A model generated the notes under the pieces. That model did no database searches, had not been told where the DNA came from, and worked only from the letters and a program-made list of their open reading frames with translations. 47,389 bases of DNA, taken from positions 1-47,389 of the forward strand of contig JAZDJN010000073.1 in assembly GCA_043803945.1 (NCBI GenBank), written 5' to 3'. This DNA is from a bacterium. GTDB lineage: Bacteria > Bacteroidota > Ignavibacteria > UBA10030. Shown in pieces: positions 1 to 8,622 of the stretch. Each line of letters opens with the position of its first letter. Position 1 is the first letter of the stretch. Made by a program: the position numbers and the translations under genes.

Positions 1-115
1 GGATACTGGCACCTGGGTTCTGCGAAAATATTGATATTAATTTCCCATATCTCTTGTCTAATCGTTTATCTCCTATCTCTATGTGCTTGATCTCTTCAGT
101 TATCCATCGCTCCAT
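1..115 (-). CDS. IS4-family (IS50/Tn5-like) transposase, N-terminal part, runs off the window edge
   Basis: Manual translation from ATG at 115: MERWITEEIKHIEIGDKRLDKRYGKLISIFSQNPGASI. This matches the W..E...GD.RL..R......P..SIP pattern of the Tn5-type DNA-binding domain. RBS AAAGGA upstream. Not in the ORF track. Confidence 0.85.
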   Translation of the reverse strand, partial: MERWITEEIKHIEIGDKRLDKRYGKLISIFSQNPGASI

Positions 116-225
116 GACATTGTTCCTTTCAAGATGTTATCATATACTTGTCTCAATAACATATTGAAAATAAATGTCTTGTACAACTCCCTTCACCCTT
201 CTCACGAATTGTGGGTAATGAGTAG
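1..225 (-). mobile_element. End of an IS4-family element with a 19-bp terminal inverted repeat at 207-225
   Basis: Minus-strand 225->207 reads CTACTCATTACCCACAATT, resembling the IS50 outside end CTGACTCTTATACACAAGT. It lies about 90 bp upstream of the transposase start. Confidence 0.75.
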
Positions 226-390
226 TTTGGCAAAGGGGAGGAAGAAAAGAAAGCACTCATTGGATTATTGAACATGCTGAGTAAATACTAATTTTCTTTT
301 TACAAATTTCAAACTATTCCTCGCGCCTATTGCGTCCTTTGTGGTGAGACACTTCGTCCAAGTTTCTTGTAGAGTAATTTTTATTCTCAT

Positions 391-2517
391 TCAATGGATT
401 GCTCGCTCTTTTAAAATCTGCATCCAGCGAAGATAGCCGTCGGGCAGCAAATGAATACCGTCTTTGGCAACATAGTGAGTGTTCAGACTTCCATTGGTAT
501 CAATGAACTCTTTGGACAGTGAAAGGTACTGCACCTGTCGATCCCAGATCATCGCGCTTAGTTTGGCATGGATGGTTTCATATTTTTTCCGCCAGGGATC
601 ATCTGCAGTGATTCCGACCGGGAATGGACCAACGAGAATAACCTGTGCCTTAGGAATTTTAAGCCGGATAGCCTTCACGCACTCTACGATACCGGCAGTT
701 ATTTCCTCGGCATCATCATACGGGAAATTGTTGACACCAATGGTCAACACCACATAGCGTGGGTTTGCAACATCATAGTTGCCGTGAGAGACTCTCCAGA
801 GGATATGCTGAGTACGATCACCCGAGATCCCAGCCGATTCACACTTCATCCCCGGAAATACTTCATCAAGTGTTATCTTTCCTAGTTTGTGCGTCACGGT
901 TTTTCGATTGCCTCCCAATCCCTGAGTGATTGAGTTTCCGATGAAGAGGATATCCAGGCCGCCCGACTCGGCACAGCAATTCTCGATATCCTGTGTGTTC
1001 GCCCACCAGTCGGCACCTTCGGTCCAGCCCGCGGCGGGTCGAAACTCAGATCCCGGCGCCGGAATGCTTGCAAAGTTTATTTTAAGATTCGTTGCTCTCA
1101 GGATGAAATCGACGATTGGCGTTGGATCTTCAAGGCTGTGCGGATGGTGGTCCACACCTTTCTTGCGGATGACAGTGATTGAGCCTCCGTGCTGCAATAT
1201 CGCTTTCTCAAACGGATCAGTATTTTCTTCAATAGGAACAACTACATCGGCATCGCCGCAGATATGAAGCATGGGAAAACAGCCACGTGCGATGATTGCA
1301 GCTTTATCGATCGGACTTCCTTTGAACTTCATCATTTCTTCATCAGAGCTGATACCGAAAACCTTCTTGAATGCGATATAATTCTCTGTGCTTGGTTTTC
1401 CATTGAAAACTCCGGCAGGCCAGCTCTTCGCATCCAGCACCGGAGCATCGGCGTAAATACAGGCAACCTTCTCAGGATTCGCTGCAGCCCAATTGTAAAT
1501 CATCAGTCCGCCCCTGCTAAGTCCTTCCAAGGCAACTTTGGGTGCAAGCCCTCCCTGTTGCATCAGATTGTAAAATGTGTTCCAGCGGGCAATGGCTTCT
1601 GGATTGCCAAAGAGCTCGACAATATCACAATAGACAAGATGGAAACCCCGTTCGAGCAAAGCGATTTCGGTTTGTGGCTCATGATTCCAGAATCGTGCAC
1701 GCCAGATCCATGGCTTTCCCGGTGCCACAACATACGGTTGAACAATCCGGCATAACCACCCGTTATACTTAAATTCCGTGCCTTTAAATCCATGGAAATT
1801 TATTGTGTCACCCAAAATCCCAAGTTTCCGAACGAGGTCAAAATTCTGCTCTGACTTTTGGAGAACCGCTTCATACAACCGGTTAGCAACAACGGTTGCA
1901 CCAAGCGAAGACGGATGGACACTATCAGGCATCAGATGAGCTTTGAAGGGAAGAAACAGGTTATAGAGGTTGATCACCTCACATCCGGATTGATACGCGG
2001 CTTCGCGAACGAGCGGAACAATTTCCTCACGGATCACTCCTGGAGTAATACCGACGGTATCATTCTCCCGATATGCAGGAATGGGCGTGAGCAGTATGAC
2101 TCTTGGTTTTGCGGAGAGCGACTTGAATGATGCAACGAGATCGAGATAATCCCGAACGAACTCCTTAAGGTGAACTCTGTTTTGGAGTTTACTATCGTTT
2201 GTCCCCAACTTGATGAATACGATGTGGGGATTGAACTCGAGCGCCCGTTTGTATTCGGGTGTGTTCCAATAAGGGCTGTTGCTTTTCTTCAGCAGTGTCG
2301 ACCCGCTCACGCCAAAATTCTGGACATTGAACGAATCACTTAACATCATCTGGAGTTGGGCAGGGTAGGAATTCTTCTCCCGGTTCACTATTCGCGACCC
2401 AAAGGTGATGCTGTTCCCCACACATGCGATGCGTATACGATCGCCTGCAGTACTTCTTTCCTGAAAAATCCAAAGAGAGAACAGTATAAGGATGGTAGCA
2501 CTTTTCTTCATTCTCAT
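391..2517 (-). CDS. Secreted three-domain esterase: SGNH/GDSL + alpha/beta hydrolase + SGNH/GDSL (likely carbohydrate O-acetylesterase)
   Basis: Signal peptide; GNSIT...GTND...DSVHP (SGNH 1); GLSRGG nucleophile elbow and HHPH (alpha/beta hydrolase); GNSIT...GVNN...DGIHL (SGNH 2). Confidence 0.85.
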   Translation of the reverse strand: MRMKKSATILILFSLWIFQERSTAGDRIRIACVGNSITFGSRIVNREKNSYPAQLQMMLSDSFNVQNFGVSGSTLLKKSNSPYWNTPEYKRALEFNPHIVFIKLGTNDSKLQNRVHLKEFVRDYLDLVASFKSLSAKPRVILLTPIPAYRENDTVGITPGVIREEIVPLVREAAYQSGCEVINLYNLFLPFKAHLMPDSVHPSSLGATVVANRLYEAVLQKSEQNFDLVRKLGILGDTINFHGFKGTEFKYNGWLCRIVQPYVVAPGKPWIWRARFWNHEPQTEIALLERGFHLVYCDIVELFGNPEAIARWNTFYNLMQQGGLAPKVALEGLSRGGLMIYNWAAANPEKVACIYADAPVLDAKSWPAGVFNGKPSTENYIAFKKVFGISSDEEMMKFKGSPIDKAAIIARGCFPMLHICGDADVVVPIEENTDPFEKAILQHGGSITVIRKKGVDHHPHSLEDPTPIVDFILRATNLKINFASIPAPGSEFRPAAGWTEGADWWANTQDIENCCAESGGLDILFIGNSITQGLGGNRKTVTHKLGKITLDEVFPGMKCESAGISGDRTQHILWRVSHGNYDVANPRYVVLTIGVNNFPYDDAEEITAGIVECVKAIRLKIPKAQVILVGPFPVGITADDPWRKKYETIHAKLSAMIWDRQVQYLSLSKEFIDTNGSLNTHYVAKDGIHLLPDGYLRWMQILKERAIH

Positions 2518-2566
2518 GGCCAGAACTCCGGATTATATTTCAGCATTACTCATTCTAACATTAGCC

Positions 2567-2624
2567 CGAAGGCGTCTCGCCGAGGGATTCAGAGAAATAT
2601 TTATGCTCGGCGGGGACGCCTTCG
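2567..2624. repeat. Intergenic REP-like inverted repeat
   Basis: CGAAGGCGTCTCGCCGAG (2567-2584) pairs with CTCGGCGGGGACGCCTTCG (2606-2624), with one bulge and one G-T pair. Confidence 0.7.
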
Positions 2625-2702
2625 CACTAGTTTATACGAACCCGGCGTCCGCTACGATGACTCAACCGTTTTAACAGTTTCATAAATACTTCGATCCAGG
2701 CA

Positions 2703-5462
2703 TCATCGTACTATCAGTGTTCCGCTGAGGCGGATATCTTTAGACGAGGCTCCGATCATTACCCGAAACTCACCCGGCTCCACAACCTTGTGCAACTGTT
2801 CATCGAGCATCGAGAGCATCTCGGGTGTCAGATCAAATACAATCTCCATCGACTCACCGGGGTGAAGATGAATTCTCTGAAAGCCTTTCAACTCCAGCAC
2901 CGGCCTTGCTACCGAGGCGAGCAAATCTTTGATATAGAGTTGAACAACTTCATCTCCTTCACAAGTACCAGAATTCTTAAGCGTGAAAGATACTTCCGAT
3001 GTTCCATTGACCGGGATATTTTGCGGATCGAAACTCAATCCGCTGTACTCGAATGTTGTATAACTCAATCCATAACCAAAAGGAAATAGCGGTTGGCCTG
3101 TGAGGTTCTCGTAATCATCGCCGCGGCCGGTTGGTTTGTGGTTATAGACCAGCGGTAATTGTCCTTCAAACACAGGAAAAGTAATCGGCAGCCGTCCCGC
3201 AGGATTCTCATCTCCGAAGAGTATCTCGGCAACTGCTGTGCCTCCTTCTTCACCCGGATACCATACATCCAGCACACCATCCACTTTATTCAGCCAACTG
3301 TCCATCGTGATTGCACTTCCGCCAACCAGTACCACGACAACAGGTTTGCCAGTTGCCGCCAGCCGCGTAATCAACTCTTCCTGGTGACCGGGAAGGTTAA
3401 GCTTCGCTCTATCTCTGAATTCACCCTCTTCGATTCCCGCAACAACGATAACGATATCGCTTTCTGAGGCAAGAGCTGATGCTTTGTCGATTTCTTTTCG
3501 CCAGGATTGAGTAACGCCAACATTCCAAACCAATCTGAACCAGGCATTGCCTGTAGGTTCAAAATACTCGATCCGGAGTTTGTACTCCTTTCCTTTCTCG
3601 AACTGGACATCTGCCACAATTGTCTGCCGGCTCACTTTCTTCCAGTTGTCAATCAGGAGTTTATCATCGAGATAAAGACGGTAACCATCATTTCCATCAA
3701 TCCCGATTTTAAAATTCCCTGTCACCGGTGCTTTCAACTTTCCCTGCCATCGAACTGAATAGAAATCATAATTCAGTTTTTCAGGATCGGGAGAAAAGAG
3801 AGTCCACTGAAACTGTATTTGCGCGTCAAACCGTGTAAAAGTCGGTTTCCCATTGAACGAAATGTTATCAAAATATTCACCCAAGACACCATGCCGGATT
3901 GTATCATTGATGGAACAGAGCAGATACTCGGATGATATTGTAACATAGTCAGATGTAGAACGACCAGGACCCCTGGCATATCGGATGCGGGCAGCAGCCC
4001 CGGCCTTGTTCTTGATACCGTCGAGGATGCTAATCTTGTTAATTCCCGGACCGCTGTATCCGCCCAAACGGGCTTCAGCAGCATCCTCCCCAATGACGGC
4101 AATGGATCGAATATTTTTTTTCAGCGGGAGGATTTGGTTTTCGTTCCTGAGCAACACAATTGATTTCCGGGCTGCTTCGAGTGCAAGCTGCCGGTGTTCT
4201 TTTCGACCGTTCCAACGAGCCGCATCCTGAGCATTGACATAAGGATTTTCAAATAAGCCCAGCGTAAACTTTGCACGAAGAACACGTTCAACGGCGGCAT
4301 CGATCACTTTCGTGTCAATTTTTCCTTCCCGGAATGCTTTGATGAATAGGGGATAATGATCGTACGATGTCTGGAAAATGACATCCAATCCGCTGCTGAT
4401 AGATCGTGCTGTTGCTTCGGTATAATCCTTCGCCGTGAAATGAAGAACATTCGCGCCACCCACAGCACAGGCATCGGAGATGACAAATCCGGCGAACTTC
4501 CATTCATCCTTGAGAAGCTTGTTGTTCAGCCAGTCGTTCGCAGTAGCGGGAGATCCATCAAGCGAGTTGTACGAAGTCATGATCGATCGTGATCCGCCCC
4601 ACTGGAGACAGGCCAGGAATGGAGGAAGATACACTTCGCGCAGGAGGCGTTCGTTGAAATGAATCGGGTAACTGTCGCGGCCCCCATCACCCACATTGGC
4701 AAGAAAATGTTTTGGTGTTGTGATAACTCCAAGTTTTTCAAATTCGGAGACAAAGGCCACTCCCATCTCTGATGATAAGAAGGGATCTTCACCATACGTC
4801 TCTTCCACTCTCCCCCATCGGACATCACTGACGATGTTGACGACCGGCGAGAGAATTTGCCGAATGCCGCGACTCTTGCACTCCCAGGCAATGGCTTGCG
4901 CAATCCGGTGCATCAGCGATGTGTCGAACGATGCCGCAAGCCCTAGCGATTGCGGGAAGGCAGTGGCTCCCTGCCGCACCAAGCCATGCAAGGCTTCATC
5001 AAAAGGGATAATCGGTATTCCAAGACGTGTTTCCTCAAGAAAGAATCGCTGGATTGCGTTAATCTTTTCGGCTGTCTCTACGGCGGTAGTGCCGGCAGCA
5101 TATGTCAGTATCTGGCCGGTTGCATCTACGGTTTGGCCTGACGTACTGATCTGAAAACCGAAGATGCCATTCTTATACTTATCTTTTCCTCCGCTGAGGT
5201 CACCTGGGATCATAAACAACTGCCAGAATTTTTCTTCCAGCGTCATCCGTGAGAGCAAATCCCTTACACGTGATTCCAAAGAGGCCGTAGGATCTTTGTA
5301 GATCTTCTTGTCCTGGATTACTCCATCACCTATCGGACCTGCATGTGTCTGCGAGGATGTTGAATATGCAAGGATGGAACTTGATTGAGCGAGGAGTTCC
5401 ATCGCTGGATTCAAATCAACCAACAACACAATCAAAAAGATAATGACTGGAGATCGTCTCAT
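2703..5462 (-). CDS. GH3 beta-glucosidase/beta-xylosidase with PA14 insertion and C-terminal Fn3-like domain
   Basis: MTLEEK, RLGIP..DEALHG, RWGRVEETYGEDP, KHF, FVISD nucleophile, PA14 segment (YSVRWQG...DGYRLYLD), PFGYGLSYT, EVVQLY..ELKGF. Confidence 0.93.
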   Translation of the reverse strand: MRRSPVIIFLIVLLVDLNPAMELLAQSSSILAYSTSSQTHAGPIGDGVIQDKKIYKDPTASLESRVRDLLSRMTLEEKFWQLFMIPGDLSGGKDKYKNGIFGFQISTSGQTVDATGQILTYAAGTTAVETAEKINAIQRFFLEETRLGIPIIPFDEALHGLVRQGATAFPQSLGLAASFDTSLMHRIAQAIAWECKSRGIRQILSPVVNIVSDVRWGRVEETYGEDPFLSSEMGVAFVSEFEKLGVITTPKHFLANVGDGGRDSYPIHFNERLLREVYLPPFLACLQWGGSRSIMTSYNSLDGSPATANDWLNNKLLKDEWKFAGFVISDACAVGGANVLHFTAKDYTEATARSISSGLDVIFQTSYDHYPLFIKAFREGKIDTKVIDAAVERVLRAKFTLGLFENPYVNAQDAARWNGRKEHRQLALEAARKSIVLLRNENQILPLKKNIRSIAVIGEDAAEARLGGYSGPGINKISILDGIKNKAGAAARIRYARGPGRSTSDYVTISSEYLLCSINDTIRHGVLGEYFDNISFNGKPTFTRFDAQIQFQWTLFSPDPEKLNYDFYSVRWQGKLKAPVTGNFKIGIDGNDGYRLYLDDKLLIDNWKKVSRQTIVADVQFEKGKEYKLRIEYFEPTGNAWFRLVWNVGVTQSWRKEIDKASALASESDIVIVVAGIEEGEFRDRAKLNLPGHQEELITRLAATGKPVVVVLVGGSAITMDSWLNKVDGVLDVWYPGEEGGTAVAEILFGDENPAGRLPITFPVFEGQLPLVYNHKPTGRGDDYENLTGQPLFPFGYGLSYTTFEYSGLSFDPQNIPVNGTSEVSFTLKNSGTCEGDEVVQLYIKDLLASVARPVLELKGFQRIHLHPGESMEIVFDLTPEMLSMLDEQLHKVVEPGEFRVMIGASSKDIRLSGTLIVR

Positions 5463-5463
5463 T

Positions 5464-5555
5464 TTTTACTTACCACTCCATACTTTTTACTTATAACTTC
5501 TCTCTTCTTTCCGGCCTCTTTTTCTGCCATCTGTCATCTGCATTCTGTCCGCTGC
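5464..5555. repeat. Two tandem 7-nt-period arrays filling the intergenic gap
   Basis: ttttact/taccact/ccatact/ttttact/tataact (5464-5498) and tttctgc/catctgt/catctgc/attctgt/ccgctgc (5521-5555). Confidence 0.7.
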
Positions 5556-7382
5556 TTACTCAATCACAACCTCATCCACAAACACCCAACACTTTCCACC
5601 GGCCGCGTAATGCCAGGAGGGACAAGCGCCGACATTCACTGCTTTCACTTTGACATATCGGGTCTGGACATTTTGAAGTGCCAGTTCAAAATCTTTCTTT
5701 TTCACCTCGTCATCGTTTGAGGGTTCACCGATCGCCACTAGTTTTGCAACTTTGTAGGTTGTGCCCTCCTCTGAAGTAGAGATTTCAATAGATTTCGGGA
5801 AGAATATCCACGACTCTTGAGTCTGCAGACACCCGACCACAACTTTTTTCAGAGTCTTAGTCATTCCAAGATCGAACACAGCCTCAAAATCATTTTCCTC
5901 GAAGCCGAGCCATTTACCATCCTTGTAATCTGACGACGCATGAACGTTATCCACAAGTGAATGCACTCCCTGAGCGGCATAGGTTGGACTTGCCTGGTTC
6001 GTGAGCCGGATTGCATCCGAGCTGCGATCAACAAGTCGCATCTCCGGGACGTCAAGCGGGGTGATCGCTTCAGCCGCACCATCAAGCTCAAGTACGACAA
6101 CGGTATCGTTCTCATCCGTTGGTTTTGCTGGTAATTCGATCGTTAGAGAAGTGTTGTTGGAAGAAACATTAAGAGATTTTCCACCTAAAAGGCTCGCACG
6201 CAAGACTTTCCTTCCGGCTAATGCGGGCACATGGAGTCCATCCTTCGGCCAAAGAAAGAGATGGAGATAGATGCGATTCTCTTTATGCGTTGATGCGAGC
6301 CAGGAGACAGGTTTGTACGGACCGCCTCGTGTTCCATAAATACTCTCTCCAAAGTTCTTCAGCCACGTACCGACCTCGAGGAGGCGTTGCTGCTGCCGTT
6401 CTTCGATGCGGCCATCGAGCATCGGGCCTACATTGAGCAGCAAGTTTCCGCCGCCCCCTGCAGTTTGTACCAGCATCTGCAAGCACGTTTGCAGCGATTT
6501 CAGTTTATCGTTGGGTTTCCATGCCCATTGATTACAGATAGTGATGCAGGATTCCCACGGTTGGAAATTATTGAAGAGGCCAATTTCCTGCTCGGGTGTT
6601 CCAAAGTCCCCTGCATACTTATCGGAAGTAGTCATCCCCTTCCTTCCAGCCCGGCCTTTATCGACGCGATTATTGATAAGAAGAGCATCGTTCAGCTCTC
6701 GTGCATAGGCATAGAGATCCATGCCATCGGCATGCGTCCATGATTTTTCCCACTCGCCATCGAACCAGAGCATCTTTATTTTGTACTTCTTCACCAATTC
6801 TTGAATCTGATTCTTCAGGTATGTTTTATAGGTGTTCATGTTCGATTGTTCAACAGGACGCGTGTCGCCCCCATAGCGTGTTGTGTAATCCGGGTGGTGC
6901 CAGTCGAGAATGGAGTAATAGGTACAAAAGAGTATCCCTTGCCGTTCGCATTCTTCGGACAACTCTTTCAGGACATCCCGATGGAATGGAGTTGCCATGA
7001 TATCATACTCGGTATATTTCGAATCCCAGAGGCAAAATCCATCATGGTGTTTCGATGTAATGACGATGTATTTCATCCCCGCTTTTTTTGCAAGTCCTAC
7101 CCACTCTTTAGCGTTGAAGAGTACAGGATTGAATTCTTTATAGAGATTATCATATTCTTGAATCGGTACCTGAAGTCCGCGGGACCAGCCGATCTCCGTG
7201 CCACACAGCGATACCGGGCCCCAATGGATGAACATTCCAAACCGCATCTCCTGCCACTGCTTCAGGGAGAGTGGATTGGTTTTCAGTGTTGGATTGGCCT
7301 CACCGCCGCCCAGACTCTGAGCAGGACAAGAGACGCTTAACGCAATTATAAGAACCATGGCTACTACACTTGTATAAATCAT
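5556..7382 (-). CDS. GH29 alpha-L-fucosidase with C-terminal F5/8-type-C-like domain
   Basis: RFGMFIHWG, TSKHHDGF, LWFDGEW, WESCIT, GGNLLLNVGP. Start moved to ATG 7382 (RBS AGGAG, followed by a signal peptide); the ORF-track start at 7550 lies inside a repeat element. Confidence 0.93.
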   Translation of the reverse strand: MIYTSVVAMVLIIALSVSCPAQSLGGGEANPTLKTNPLSLKQWQEMRFGMFIHWGPVSLCGTEIGWSRGLQVPIQEYDNLYKEFNPVLFNAKEWVGLAKKAGMKYIVITSKHHDGFCLWDSKYTEYDIMATPFHRDVLKELSEECERQGILFCTYYSILDWHHPDYTTRYGGDTRPVEQSNMNTYKTYLKNQIQELVKKYKIKMLWFDGEWEKSWTHADGMDLYAYARELNDALLINNRVDKGRAGRKGMTTSDKYAGDFGTPEQEIGLFNNFQPWESCITICNQWAWKPNDKLKSLQTCLQMLVQTAGGGGNLLLNVGPMLDGRIEERQQQRLLEVGTWLKNFGESIYGTRGGPYKPVSWLASTHKENRIYLHLFLWPKDGLHVPALAGRKVLRASLLGGKSLNVSSNNTSLTIELPAKPTDENDTVVVLELDGAAEAITPLDVPEMRLVDRSSDAIRLTNQASPTYAAQGVHSLVDNVHASSDYKDGKWLGFEENDFEAVFDLGMTKTLKKVVVGCLQTQESWIFFPKSIEISTSEEGTTYKVAKLVAIGEPSNDDEVKKKDFELALQNVQTRYVKVKAVNVGACPSWHYAAGGKCWVFVDEVVIE

Positions 7383-7430
7383 GGTGAACTCCTGGTTGAA
7401 TTTTGTTAACCAATTGCCTGACTCCATATC

Positions 7431-7595
7431 GGGGCTGACTAAAAGGTACGCCAAGGGTGTCACAGTCCCTGCCCGACATATTTGATCTAAAGGGGCAGGC
7501 GGGCACACCGTGACACATGAAATCTGACTGTCTTCCGCATTTTGCGTCACGAAGTGGTTCGTGACGCCCTGGTTTTTTTCTTTTTGGAGAACCCC
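7431..7595. mobile_element. MITE-like element with imperfect terminal inverted repeats and internal hairpins
   Basis: Left end GGGGCTGACTAAAA; right end reverse complement GGGGTTCTCCAAAA. Internal GTGTCAC...GTGACAC and GCGTCACGAA-gtgg-TTCGTGACGC stems. Confidence 0.55.
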
Positions 7596-7613
7596 CTCAA
7601 GAACTAAATGGCA

Positions 7614-8618
7614 TTACTTCATGATCGACTCCAACCTAATTGCTTCGCCTCCCGAGGGAAGCGACGTTGCCGTAGGAATTGATGATGCATCAACCTGCTT
7701 TCGATCAATTCGTACCTTTGTCCGTGTTGGAACAGCTCGATCGTCACTATAGATACTGGCCTGATAATGCTTTCCTTTTGGTAAAAAAGAAAGAGGAATT
7801 TCAAGCGTCCGTTGTTCCACATTCGTAATTGCACCGATGAACCAACGATCGCCACTGCGGCGAGCAATCGTGATGTATTTTCCAATCTCACCGTGAATCA
7901 CCTTCGTCTCATCCCATACCGTTGGCACTTGCTCAAAGAATTCGACATACTGAATATTATGCTGTGCCGCAAAATTAATGGAAGCCTTCGCTCCTGTTGT
8001 CGAGAGTGTGATCTCGCGAATGACCTTACCGGGTTTAATCCATCCAGGCCGGTCGATAGCACAGGGGGGATTCAAATTCAAAATTAGATCGTTATGCTCG
8101 AGTAAATCGCCGGCTTTCTCTGCCACCATAATCACCCGCCACGGTGTCGCAAAAGGCGCAGTCTCCTCAACGGCATCGTACTGTGAACACTGGATGGTGT
8201 TCGGCTTCTCAGTGCTTAGCTTGAATTTCGTTATCGAGTAATTGACCATCTCTGCTTCAGCGAGGCAAGCATAGAGGCCACTCTTCAGAACCAGCGTCAG
8301 TGGCCGCTCGGCCTCTGTGGACCACGAGGTAAGCGGTACAGCGCGATAATCAGCCTGGGCAAACGGTGCGACATAGGCAATTGTTTCATCCGGCAAGGTG
8401 AACTCTGTCTTCTCCAACGTGATCCGGACGTAGGCTCCTCCTTCCGGTTGCTCGGGGAAAAAATATCTCATTGCAATGCCTTCATTATACGCCCGGATGA
8501 CAAGATGCAGTTCCTGCTTGGGTAAGTCTGCCTTTCCTAAATGAACAACAACTTCATGATAATAATCTCTCACACTGCTTCGCTCACCATAGACTGGGTG
8601 CCAGAGTGTATCTCTCTC
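7614..8618 (-). pseudogene. GH97 glycoside hydrolase remnant (N-terminus and most of the catalytic barrel deleted)
   Basis: DTLWHPVYGERSSVRDYY, RAYNEGIAMRY, TPWRVIM, WIKPGKVIR...NFAAQHNIQYVE joined directly to the C-terminal FFEQVPTVWDETKV..GEIGKYITIARR. No signal peptide; begins right after the GH38 stop. Confidence 0.85.
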
Positions 8619-8622
8619 CGGG

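Noticed and set aside
83-271. 62-aa plus-strand ORF
   Set aside because: Overlaps the transposase start and the IS end on the opposite strand; no motif.
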